From Vicinamibacteria bacterium (GTDB lineage: Bacteria > Acidobacteriota > Vicinamibacteria > Vicinamibacterales > JAENWD01): a stretch of DNA of 64,000 bases. The notes below the pieces were generated by a model, which searched no databases, was not told the origin of the DNA, and saw only the letters and a list, made by a program, of their open reading frames with translations. The DNA lies in NCBI GenBank assembly GCA_963697705.1, contig CAVOPA010000010.1:15818-79817 (forward strand), given 5' to 3'. Both the position numbers and the translations under genes were made by a program. This document shows, one piece after another, positions 37,530 to 46,746 of this stretch. Numbering within the stretch: position 1 is the first letter of the stretch; the number at the start of each line of letters is the position of its first letter.

Positions 37530-39926
37530 CTATTCCTGCATCGTGACGGTCGAGACGACCGTGCAGCGGCTCTCCATGCGCCACTCACGCCCCAGCGTAC
37601 GGGCAGCCCCCGTCAGCTCGACGAGCCCTCGCAGCCGGATGTCCGCGCTCGAGGCGCCCACCTGCAGCTCGAACTCCCCGGGTTCGACAATGCGCCGGCC
37701 GGCCATGCCGGTGAACGAGAGCATGTCGGTCGGCACTGCGAAGGTCACCCGCGCCGACGCGCCCGCCTTCAGCTCGACCCGGCCGAACGCCTTCAGTTCC
37801 TTGACCGGACGCACCACCGAGGCGACGAGGTCCCGGACGTAGAGCTGCGGCACGGCGACGCCGGCGCGCGGTCCCGTGTTGTGCACCCCGAAGTGGACGC
37901 GAATTTCGCCGGCGGTGAGGTCGATCTTCGTCGCGTCCAGGACGAGATCGTCGAACTCGAACGACGTGTAGCCGAGGCCGTGGCCGAACGGATAGCGGCT
38001 GCCGAAGTGCCGCGCGATTGGCGTGCCCGCGCTCTTCATTTTGTGGTTGTAGTAGTAGGGCACGGCGCCGACGTTCTTCGGCACCGAGACGGTCAGCCGT
38101 CCCGAGGGCTCCACTGCGCCGCTCAGTACGTCCACGAGCGCTGGCCCTCCCTCCTGGCCGCCGGCGAACGCCATCACGAACGCCGCGACCTTTTCCTCGA
38201 GGCCGCCCAGGTTGTAGGGGCGGCCGCTCATGAGCACGACCACCACGGGCGTTCCGGTGGCGACCACCGCGTCCAGCAGCAGCTGCTGCACGCCGGGCAG
38301 ATCGAGTGAATCGGTATCCGAGCCCTCGCCGACCGTGCCGGTCTGGAACAGGCCCGCAAGATCGCCGACACACACGACGGCGACATCCGCTGCCCGCGCG
38401 CATGCCACCGCCGCGGGAATGAGATCCGTCCGGCGCGAGACCGGCGATGGCTGATCGAGCGACGTGCTCTTCTCGACGTCGCCCGGGAACACGGGCGAGC
38501 CGTACTTGCGCTCCTCGATGACGTAACAGCCCTGCGCGTACGAGACCCGCTCGGCACCGAAGGCGCGCTCGAACGCGGTCCTCGGCGTCACGACCTGGGC
38601 GGCTGCCTCGCCGGCGTCGTTCAGGATCAGATGCACCGGGAAGCTGTAGCCACAAAGCAGCGCCATCGGATCGTCGGCGGTCGGACCGATGACGGCGAGA
38701 CGCTGGCCCTTCGCCGGATCGAGGGGCAACACGCCGTCGTTCTCGAGCACCACCACGCCCTGCCGCGCCACCTCGCGAGCGAGCGCCACGGTGCCAGGCG
38801 ACTGCAGGTCGATCGCGCCCTCGTCCACGTACGGCCGCTCGAACAGCCCGAGGCGGATCTTCTCGACGAGAATTCGCCTCACGACCGCGTCGATCGTCTC
38901 AATCGAGATCAAACCGCGCTCCAGCGCCTCGCCGAGGTGCGCCGCGCAGTCGTCCGCGGGCAGCTCGATGTCCAGCCCGGCACCAAACGCCAGGGCTGCC
39001 GCTTCGGCGCGGTCGCTGGCGACGTTGTGGTGCTGGTAGAGCAGGCTGATGCCGATGTAATCGGCCACGATCAGGCCGTCGAGGCCCCACTCGTCGCGAA
39101 GCACCTGGGTCAGGAGGTGTCGCGAGCCGTGGCACGACTCGTTGTCGATGTCGTGATACGCCGGCATCACCGACCCCGCGCGCGCCTGCTTGACCGCCAT
39201 CTCGAACGGGAGCAGGAAGACGTCGTTCAGTTCGCGCCACCCCAGGTGCACCGGCCCGTGATTACGCGCCCCCTCGCTCCACGAGTGGCCGGCGAAGTGC
39301 TTCAGCGTGGCGAGTAGATCCCGTGTCTCTCCCTGCAGGCCGCGGACGAACCGCGTTCCCATGACGCCCACGAGGTACGGATCCTCACCGAATGTCTCCT
39401 CGGTGCGACCCCAGCGCACGTCGCGGGAGACGTCGAGCACGGGCGCCAGTCCCTGGTGGCAGCCCACGCTCCGGGCCTCGCGCCCGATGGCCTCCGCCGC
39501 GCGCTCGACCAGATCCGGGTTCCAGGTTGCGCCGTAAACCAGCGCGGACGGGAACATCGTCGCGCCCCGGACCATCAGGCCGACGAGGCACTCCTCGTGC
39601 GACAGCGCGGGGATCCCGAGCCGCGTCTCCTCGCACAGGAACTTCTGCAGCCGGTTGAGCGCTCGCACCCCCGTGCGCGGATCGACGCCGTGGCTGCCGA
39701 GCGCACGCGAGATCTGCCCCAGCCCCTGGCCGAGCGCCTGCTTCACCGCCGCCGGGTCCGTTCCCCCGGTGAAGTCATCCTGCCGCGGCCGGTGCTGGCC
39801 GTCTTCCGACAGGATCAGCCACAGCGCGTGCATCTGCGCCGTCTTCTCCTCGAGCGTCATTCGAGAGAGGAGATCGTCCGCACGCTCCTCAACGGGCCGG
39901 CCAGTTTCTCGGTAGGGAAGGATCAT
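37530..39926 (-). CDS. GH3 beta-glucosidase/beta-xylosidase (BglX-like)
   Basis: 798-aa ORF. LTLEEKTAQM, KHFAGHS and GLIVADYIG (the nucleophile region of GH3), with a C-terminal fibronectin-like domain. Confidence 0.9.
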   Translation of the reverse strand: MILPYRETGRPVEERADDLLSRMTLEEKTAQMHALWLILSEDGQHRPRQDDFTGGTDPAAVKQALGQGLGQISRALGSHGVDPRTGVRALNRLQKFLCEETRLGIPALSHEECLVGLMVRGATMFPSALVYGATWNPDLVERAAEAIGREARSVGCHQGLAPVLDVSRDVRWGRTEETFGEDPYLVGVMGTRFVRGLQGETRDLLATLKHFAGHSWSEGARNHGPVHLGWRELNDVFLLPFEMAVKQARAGSVMPAYHDIDNESCHGSRHLLTQVLRDEWGLDGLIVADYIGISLLYQHHNVASDRAEAAALAFGAGLDIELPADDCAAHLGEALERGLISIETIDAVVRRILVEKIRLGLFERPYVDEGAIDLQSPGTVALAREVARQGVVVLENDGVLPLDPAKGQRLAVIGPTADDPMALLCGYSFPVHLILNDAGEAAAQVVTPRTAFERAFGAERVSYAQGCYVIEERKYGSPVFPGDVEKSTSLDQPSPVSRRTDLIPAAVACARAADVAVVCVGDLAGLFQTGTVGEGSDTDSLDLPGVQQLLLDAVVATGTPVVVVLMSGRPYNLGGLEEKVAAFVMAFAGGQEGGPALVDVLSGAVEPSGRLTVSVPKNVGAVPYYYNHKMKSAGTPIARHFGSRYPFGHGLGYTSFEFDDLVLDATKIDLTAGEIRVHFGVHNTGPRAGVAVPQLYVRDLVASVVRPVKELKAFGRVELKAGASARVTFAVPTDMLSFTGMAGRRIVEPGEFELQVGASSADIRLRGLVELTGAARTLGREWRMESRCTVVSTVTMQE

Positions 39927-39960
39927 GATGATGCCTCGTTGCGTAAGACGACCGCTGACA

Positions 39961-39977
39961 CTACTTTGTCAGATCGC
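39961..39977 (-). promoter_or_regulatory. 17-nt motif GCGATCTGACAAAGTAG, 35 nt upstream of the GH3 start
   Basis: 16/17 identical to the motif at 40227-40243, in the same orientation relative to its gene. It also forms part of a local palindrome ctgaca-N7-tgtcag. Confidence 0.4.
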
Positions 39978-40226
39978 AGGAGTTCGGCCCAGACGCACGT
40001 CACTGCGCATCCCGATCGGACGCGCGGGAAACTGCCGCTGCCGCGACGTGTCGGCGGAAGCTCGGGGCCCCACTACGCTACGCTTCGTCACCCCAAGCGG
40101 ATTTCTGGCGCTTTCGCGGCAGTTTCCGGATCCTGTGGACGCGCGTCCGGCCGGGGTCCCCGCCGCGCGTTCTCTGCGCGGTGGGGCGGAGCGGGCTGCT
40201 GCGTGACATGTGTCTGGGCCGAGCAG

Positions 40227-40243
40227 GCGATCTGACAAAGTAT
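40227..40243 (+). promoter_or_regulatory. 17-nt motif GCGATCTGACAAAGTAT, 123 nt upstream of the GPH transporter start
   Basis: Inverted partner of 39961-39977 within the same 440-bp divergent intergenic region. It is AT-richer than the surroundings. Confidence 0.4.
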
Positions 40244-40365
40244 TGCTGTTAAGGGCGCCGAGCACTCAGGGCGAAACTCGAAGGCGTTCGTGATACCGTC
40301 GGCGCCGTACGGGCACTGTAACCGGGGTAGCGCGCTTCTATCGATGTCGGCACAGGAGGGGTGAC

Positions 40366-41808
40366 GTGGCGGAGACGGCAGTGACGACGAGCGACGCAGG
40401 CCAGCGGCTGTCGGTGGTCGAGAAGGTCGGTTACGGCCTCGGCGATATGGCCGCGAACTTCATCTTCCAGACGATGGTGATGTTCCAGCTGGCGTTTTAC
40501 ACCGACACGTTCGGGATCACCGCCGCTGCCGCGGGGACGCTGCTGGTCGTCGTTCGCGTGTGGGACGCCATCTTCGATCCCCTCATGGGTGTCGTGGCTG
40601 ACCGTACGAACACGCGCTGGGGCAAGTTCCGGCCGTGGGTGCTCTGGACGGCCGTGCCCTTCGGGATCATGGGCTTCCTCGCCTTCATGACCCCCGACCT
40701 GAGCCCGGGCGGCAAGCTCGTGTACGCCTACCTGACCTACATCGTCCTGATGATGGTGTACTCGGCCAACAACCTGCCGTATTCGGCGCTGAGCGGCGTG
40801 ATGACGGGCGACCTCGGCGAGCGCACGAGCCTGTCGTCGTACCGGTTCGTGTGCGCGATGATCGCGCAGCTCGTGATCCAGGGGCTCGCGCTGCCGATGG
40901 TCCACCACTTCGGCCAGGGCAACAACGCGAAGGGCTACCAGTACACGATCGGCATCTTCTCGGCGCTGGCCGTCGTGCTCTTCTTCATCACGTTCGCCAC
41001 GACGAAGGAGCGGATCCTGCCGCCGCCTGGACAGAAGGCCCCGATCAGGCAGCACTTCGCGGACCTGCTGAAGAACGGTCCCTGGCTCGCGATGTTCGTC
41101 CTGACGCTGGTGCTCTTCATCACGCTCTCGATGCGCGGCAGCGTCGTCCCGTACTACTTCAACTACTTCGTCGACAAGGCGAGCCTTGCGGCACTGCTCG
41201 GCGGCTTCGGGGCGAGCGCCACCGAAGAGGGAGCGGTCGTCAGCCTCGGGTTCAGCGTCTTCAACGTGCTGGGCACCCTCGCGACGATCGTCGCCATCTT
41301 CTTCTCGAAGAGCCTTGCCACCCGCTATGGCAAGCGCAACGTCTTCATCGCCGGGCTCGCCGGGACGATCTTCTTCACTGCCACCTTCGCCGTGCTGCCG
41401 GCCACCGCGGTCGCGGCGATGTTCGTGTCGGAGATCCTGCGGCAGTTCGCCTACGGGTTCACGATCCCGCTGCTGTGGGCGATGATGGCCGACGTCGCGG
41501 ATTTCTCGGAGTGGAAGACCGGGCGCCGTGCGACCGCGATCGTGTTCTCGGCCATCGTCTTCGCATTGAAGGCGGGGCTGGGCTTCGGCGGGGCCATCAC
41601 CGGCTTCGTGCTGTCGCTCTACGGCTACGTCCCCAACGCGGCGCAGGGAGCCACCGCGCTCGACGGCATCCGTCTCACGATGAGCGTCTTCCCGGCGATC
41701 ACCTTCGCGATCTGCGCGGCGTGCCTTCTCTTCTACGCGATCGACAAGCGCACCGAGATCCAGATGACCAACGAGCTGGCCGAGCGGCGGCGAGGTTACG
41801 CGTCGTAA
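40366..41808 (+). CDS. MFS glycoside-pentoside-hexuronide (GPH):cation symporter
   Basis: AGGAGGG lies 5 nt before the GTG at 40366. KVGYGLGDMAANFIFQ and DAIFDPLMGVVADRTNTRWGKFRPW are hallmark GPH-family motifs. About 12 TM segments. Confidence 0.85.
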   Translation: MAETAVTTSDAGQRLSVVEKVGYGLGDMAANFIFQTMVMFQLAFYTDTFGITAAAAGTLLVVVRVWDAIFDPLMGVVADRTNTRWGKFRPWVLWTAVPFGIMGFLAFMTPDLSPGGKLVYAYLTYIVLMMVYSANNLPYSALSGVMTGDLGERTSLSSYRFVCAMIAQLVIQGLALPMVHHFGQGNNAKGYQYTIGIFSALAVVLFFITFATTKERILPPPGQKAPIRQHFADLLKNGPWLAMFVLTLVLFITLSMRGSVVPYYFNYFVDKASLAALLGGFGASATEEGAVVSLGFSVFNVLGTLATIVAIFFSKSLATRYGKRNVFIAGLAGTIFFTATFAVLPATAVAAMFVSEILRQFAYGFTIPLLWAMMADVADFSEWKTGRRATAIVFSAIVFALKAGLGFGGAITGFVLSLYGYVPNAAQGATALDGIRLTMSVFPAITFAICAACLLFYAIDKRTEIQMTNELAERRRGYAS

Positions 41809-41846
41809 CCCCGCCACGTCGGTTGCGCCTTCATCGCTCGCCGCAT

Positions 41847-41908
41847 GTGGGGCAGGGCTTCAGCCCTGCAAATCGGCGCGCGCAAGCAGGCCTGAAGGCC
41901 TGCCCCAC
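41847..41908. repeat. Family 2 palindromic core, copy 2
   Basis: gtggggcagggcttcagccctg-caaatcggcgcgcgcaag-caggcctgaaggcctgccccac. It lacks the terminal inverted repeats seen at 63077-63206. Confidence 0.85.
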
Positions 41909-42053
41909 ATCTACCGCACCGCGACGATCGTCACCGATTCGAGCGACCGACAAGCACACTGAGATCCAGATGACCAACGAGCTGGCTGAGCGCCGCCGCG
42001 GGTACGCGTCATAACCCCGGCCACGTCGGTTGCGTCTTCATCGCTTGGCGCAT

Positions 42054-42115
42054 GTGGGGCAGGGCTTCAGCCCTGCAAATCGGCGCGGGCAAGCAGGCCT
42101 GAAGGCCCGCCCCAC
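42054..42115. repeat. Family 2 palindromic core, copy 3
   Basis: Same core as 41847-41908, with two substitutions (gcgcgcgc to gcgcgggc; cctgcccc to cccgcccc). Confidence 0.85.
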
Positions 42116-42117
42116 AT

Positions 42118-43714
42118 CTACCGCACCGCGACGACCGTCACCGATTTGGGCTCCAGCGTCAGCGTGATCTGGCCTCCCTGGATCTTCGCCGAGATGGGCT
42201 TCGGCGCCACGGTCTTCGGCGCCTCGAACGTGTTCACGCTGTCAACAGCTGGTGCCGTCAGCGTCTCGCCCGTCGCCGATGTGGCGTTGATGCCGGCGAT
42301 GCGCGCAGACACGTCGATCGGCCGGGTCGGGTCGAGGTTGGTGAGCGACAGCCACAGCGTGCCGGCCGCGTCCTTCGCCGCGATGGCATCCACGCGAGGC
42401 AGCGTGACGTCGCCGTGCTGGTAGGTGCCCGGGTCCAACGTGGCCGGCACGAACCTGGACGGGACGAATGTGGCGTCCTGGAACGGCACGTACATCCTGA
42501 ACACGTGGTAGGACGGCGTCAGGACCATCTTCGGCCCGTCGGTGACGACCATCGCCTGCAGCACGTTGACCATCTGCGCGATGTTGGCCATGCGCACGCG
42601 ATCGGCATGGCGCGCGAAGATGTTCAGGTTGAGCGCCGCGAGGATGGCGTCGCGCAGGCTGTTCTGCTGCACGAGGAAGCCGGGGTTGCTGCCTGGCAAC
42701 GGCGCGTACCACGCGCCCCATTCGTCGACAACGAGGGCGACCTTCTTCTGCGGGTCGTACTTGTCCATGATCGCCGAGTGCTGCGCGACCAGGTTCTCCA
42801 TTTCCAGCGTGGACTTGAGGATCTGACTGTATTCCGCCTCTCCGAACCCGACCGACTTGAAGGACGGTGGCCACTTCACCACCGTGTAGGAGTGCATCGA
42901 CAGGCCGTCGATGTCCCAACTCCACGTGTGTCCCTGCCAGGCCTTCATGATCGTGTCGGTCCACTCGGTCCACCGCGGCTCGGCGCCGCCGGGCCCGACC
43001 GCGATTTTCAGCATCTTGTTCGTATCCTGCTGCGCGGGATTGAAGTTCCTGACGAAGCGGCTGTAGATCTTGAGCTGGCTCAGGTAGTACTCGGGCGACA
43101 TGTTGCCGCCGCAGTCCCAGCTCTCGTTGCCGATACCGAGAAAGGCGATCTTGTACGGCGCGGCGTGCCCGTTCGCCGTCCGCTCCTTCGCCAGGGCCGT
43201 CGGCTGCGCGGTGGTCAGGTACTCCAGCCACTCGGCCGCCTCCTGTGGCGTGCCCGACCCGACGTTGACCGACAGGTAGGCCTCGCTCCCGATCTGATCG
43301 ACGAAGTCCATGAACTCGTGCGTGCCGAACGTGTTCGGTTCGACCACGCCGCCCCAGTTCGGATTGAGCGATGCCGCGCGCTCCCGCCCGACGCCCTTGC
43401 GCCAGTGGTACTCGTCGGCGAAACACCCGCCGGGCCAGCGCACGTTCGGCACCTTCAGCGCCTTGAGCGCGGCGACGACGTCGTTGCGGATGCCGCGGGT
43501 GTTGGGGATGGGCGAGGACGGGCCCGACCCAGACGCCCTCGTAGATACCCTTGCCGAGATGCTCGGCGAACTGGCCGAAGATCTGGCGATCGATCTTCGC
43601 TCCGGCTTTCGACGCGTCGACCGACAGTTGCACCGTGTCGCCGGCCGCCGGGTGGGCGCGGAGCAGAGTGAACGCGAGCACGACTGGCAGGGCGAAACGA
43701 GCGGGATGCGGCAT
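42118..43714 (-). CDS. GH51 alpha-L-arabinofuranosidase; apparent frameshift near 43521
   Basis: Signal peptide and N-terminus MPHPARFALPVVLAFTLLRAHPAAG...IFGQFAEHLGKGIYEGVWVGP are in the frame of ORF 42242..43714. The sequence continues as SSPIPNTRGIRNDVVAALKALKVPNVRWPGGCFADEYHW in the frame of ORF 42118..43452. GIGNESWDCGG and VVDEWGAW catalytic regions are present. Confidence 0.85.
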
Positions 43715-43821
43715 CGAGTGTTCCTCCGGAAATCAGCGAGTGTACTTCACGTTCGAACACCGCGATCGCTGCCGCGTTGATACGAGACGGGCGGTCGGGT
43801 TCGCACGCGAGAACTCCGTGG

Positions 43822-44166
43822 TCAGCCCCGCGGACGGAGACGCGAGGCGATGAACGCGGCGAGAAGGAAGGGCGCGCCGAGGACCGACGCCAGGAGAACC
43901 ATGAGCGGCCAGAGCCCGCCGATCTCGCCGCTGCGGAGCATCATGACCGTGACCTGGCTCGGCACGATGAGGCCCGTCCAGTACCACTCCCGGCGTCCGG
44001 CGAAGTAGCCGATCACGGCTGCCGCGGCCAGAGCCGCCGGCAGCCCCGCCGACCAGTACAGCGCGCTGTCCCAGGCTTCCCGCCGGCCGCCGATGGCCCC
44101 GACCACGAGCTCGAGAGCAGCGCCGGTCGCGACCGAGGCGATGATGGCGTGATGCCGCGCGCGCAT
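43822..44166 (-). CDS. Small integral membrane protein (about four TM helices)
   Basis: 114-aa ORF with hydrophobic stretches (IIASVATGAALELVVGAIGG, GLPAALAAAAVIGYFAG, GLWPLMVLLASVLGAPFLLAAFIA). Its ATG lies 6 nt after the likely stop of the upstream gene. Confidence 0.55.
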   Translation of the reverse strand: MRARHHAIIASVATGAALELVVGAIGGRREAWDSALYWSAGLPAALAAAAVIGYFAGRREWYWTGLIVPSQVTVMMLRSGEIGGLWPLMVLLASVLGAPFLLAAFIASRLRPRG

Positions 44167-44172
44167 GGTATA

Positions 44173-46057
44173 TCAGCGCGTCCCACCCTCCGCACGGAGG
44201 GGATGCGCGCCGGGCGACCTGGCGTCCTGCTCGCTCCAGCCGAGAATCGAGAGGACGGCCGGCGGCACCGCCTGCACGCGTCTATTTCCCGGCAGCGCGC
44301 GGAACAGTTCGTAGCGGCCAAGGTCGGGACTCTTGAACACGGACTGCGGAGCGAGGTCGAGAAACTGCCCGCCCGCCTCGAACGACCGGCGCGAGGGTGC
44401 GGAACTCCTCGAGCGAGGCCGCCGTGGTCATGCAGGTATCGCTCGCCGCCGGGCTCCACACCGCGAACGGAGGAGCGCTCCTGGCGCCACCTTCAGCCAC
44501 TCGGGCCTGACGCACGTACACGTTCCCATCCACTTGCGTAGCCTGAGGGCGCGACAACTTCTCACAGAGCGCCTTCGGCTGCTCGAACCGGAGCAGCGGC
44601 TGCGTGTAGCCGTCGCTGGCGACGAGCAGGTTGTTCACGAAGACGTGCCCCTCACGCTCCTGCACGTCGGGGCCCGTGGACGGATGCCAGCCGAAATGGT
44701 CGCCGGTCGCGCTGCGCTCGTTGCGCTCGAAGGAGGCCGGCGTGTCGACGAACGTGTTGTTGTAGACGCCCACGTCGGCGGAGTTGAGCACGCGGATGCC
44801 CTTGTTGCAGCGCACAAAGAGGTTGCCGGCGACGATCGCGCCGCGCGAGATCTCGAAGAAGAAGCCGTCCTGCGCGTTCTCGATCCGGTTGTTGACGAAG
44901 ACGCCGTCGCGGTTGCCCACGTCGTACCAGATGCCGTTCGAGTTCGGGTTGTCGACGACGAGGTTGTCGCGGCACGTCACCCGCCGCGTCTGGTTGAAGA
45001 TCTTGACCGCTGCGGGGTAGTAACCGGTGAGCGCCTCGATGTTGTTGCGGCGGATGATGTTCCGCTCGAGCAGGACGTCCGAGGATCCGATGACGTAAAT
45101 CCCCTCGGTGCTGGTGTCGCTGATGAGGGAGTTCCGGATGACGAGGCCGTCGCCGCGGAAGTAGCCCGCCACGCGGGAACAGTAGGAGATGGTGACGTTC
45201 TCGAGCACCGTGCCGACGACTTCCTTGCCGAATGTGGACGGATCCGCGAGGCCCACCGGCTCGTCGGTCGGTTCGTCGGCGGCCGTGAACCGCTTCTTGC
45301 CTTCGACCTCGAGCGCGCGCCAGGCGTACTGCGTGAAGGTGATGCCCCGGATCGTCGGGCCCTTGCGATCGGACGTCTTGTCGTGGACCGCCTGGCTCGT
45401 GCGGACGAGCGCGCTGTCGAAGGCCGTGATCTCCACCTCGCGACCTGCCGGATCGACGCCGATGTACACCTGGCCCTTCTCGTAGTCGATGTAGTACGAG
45501 CCCTCGTCGACCTCGCCCTCCCACCCGGCCGACTGCAGTAGCCGGCCGTCGACGAAGACCATGTCGTTGTTGAACCGGTGCAGCGGCGTCCGCATGCCCT
45601 CGCGATCGCGCTGCCACCAGCCGAGCGGCTTCGCGGGAAAGAGTCGCGCCCACGACGTCTTCCACAGGTTGTTCCTGAGCGGCTGCCACTTGCTGGCCAC
45701 CTGGGTTCCCTTGAGGATGGGACGCTCGTCTTTGTACGGCTGTAGCGTGATCCCCTGGTTCAGAAGAAGTCCCCCGGTGCGGTAAATGCCGCCGCGCAGG
45801 ATGATGGCGTCACCCGTCACGACCTTTGCGATCGCCGTCTCGAGCGACGTCGGCTGGTTCAACGTATCGCCGGGCGCATCGGCGCGACCGTCGGGTGCGA
45901 CGTAGTAGACGTGCGGGGCCTTCGGTATTTCGTATGTCTGCTGGATCGGGCCATAGGGCCCGCCAGATGGCTGCGCGCCCACGGGCGCCACGGCCCCGAG
46001 CAGCAAGCCGATGATCGCGGGCAGGAGGGAACGCTGAATCTCTTGAGGGGAACGCAT
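44173..46057 (-). CDS. Secreted right-handed parallel beta-helix repeat protein (polysaccharide lyase/hydrolase-like); probable frameshift near 44388
   Basis: AAAGGA lies 7 nt before the ATG at 46057. Signal peptide MRSPQEIQRSLLPAIIGLLLGAVAPVGA. Repeated N-rich beta-helix turns (..FVNNRIENAQDGFFFE.., ..VYNNTFVD..). After ..SLEEFRTLAP a protein-like, high-GC3 continuation FEAGGQFLDLAPQSVFKSPDLGRYELFRALPGN... runs in another frame to TGA at 44173. The listed ORF ends at 44282. Confidence 0.65.
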
Positions 46058-46106
46058 CGTGTGTCCTTTGGCTGACCTTAACCATGGATGACGATATACC
46101 TCTTTT

Positions 46107-46144
46107 GGCTGGCGGCTGGCGGCTGGCGGCTGGCGGCTGGCGGC
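46107..46144. repeat. Heptanucleotide tandem repeat (ggctggc) x5.4
   Basis: Five perfect copies at 46107-46141 plus a partial copy. Located in the 140-bp divergent region between the starts at 46057 (-) and 46197 (+). Confidence 0.9.
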
Positions 46145-46196
46145 GCGATGCACGGGGGCACTGGCCGCGGCAAACGCCAGGCTCTAAGATCGGAGC

Positions 46197-46712
46197 ATGC
46201 CGTCAGCACTCGCCGACTTGCTGCGCCACACCCTCGCCACGCTCGCGTACCGGGCTGAGAAGGCGCTCCGCGATCCGCCGCCCGGCTTCGAGAGCTTCCG
46301 CCCGGCCCCTCACTGCCGGTCGGCACTGGCGATCGTCGCGCACATGGGCGACCTCATGGAGTGGGGCGAGCGCATGACGCACGGGGAGCGCCGCTGGGAG
46401 AACGTGCCGCAGACATCCTGGGATGCAGCTGGCGACCGGTTCTTCCGTGCCCTCGCAGCACTCGACGCCGCTCTCGCGGCAGACGTCACGGCGACGCTGC
46501 CCCTCGAGGTGATCTTCCAGGGGCCGGTCGCTGATGCGCTGGCACATGTGGGCCAGTTGACGATGATGCGCGGCATGGCCGGGTCCCCGATTCGACCCGA
46601 GAGCTACGCGCGCGCCAGAATCGCCGCCGGACGTGTCGGACGCGACCAGGATCGGGAGCGTGTGGAGTTCGATGGCGACGCGAGCCCGCAGATCCAGTCG
46701 AACCAGCCCTGA
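46197..46712 (+). CDS. DinB-superfamily (four-helix bundle) protein
   Basis: 171 aa. Conserved His positions (..AIVAHMGDLMEW.., ..ALAHVGQLTMMRG..) are typical of DinB_2-like proteins. Confidence 0.7.
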   Translation: MPSALADLLRHTLATLAYRAEKALRDPPPGFESFRPAPHCRSALAIVAHMGDLMEWGERMTHGERRWENVPQTSWDAAGDRFFRALAALDAALAADVTATLPLEVIFQGPVADALAHVGQLTMMRGMAGSPIRPESYARARIAAGRVGRDQDRERVEFDGDASPQIQSNQP

Positions 46713-46746
46713 ATCATCGATCACCGCGCGAATCGAAGGTCACACA

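Larger units (their letters stand above)
41742..42146. repeat. Diverged tandem duplication (2 x ~200 bp, period 206 bp) covering both convergent gene 3' ends and the family 2 core
   Basis: Unit 1 is 41742-41939 and unit 2 is 41948-42146. Each contains ..DK(R/H)TEIQMTNELAERRRGYAS-stop, a family 2 core, and the reverse-strand ..SVT(I/V)VAVR-stop. Confidence 0.85.

Noticed and set aside
39961-39977. Reading the motif TACTTTG as a Bacteroidetes-type -7 promoter element (TAnnTTTG).
   Set aside because: The spacing does not fit: only one base lies between TA and TTTG. The organism does not look like a Bacteroidetes member. It is kept only as an unexplained shared motif.
41742-42146. The 206-bp periodic duplicate as a simple assembly artefact or a very recent slippage duplication.
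   Set aside because: The two units differ at ~15 positions, including an indel. Differences in the coding-derived parts are concentrated at synonymous sites. That pattern is not expected from collapsed or duplicated reads or from a fresh duplication. Read confirmation is still advisable.
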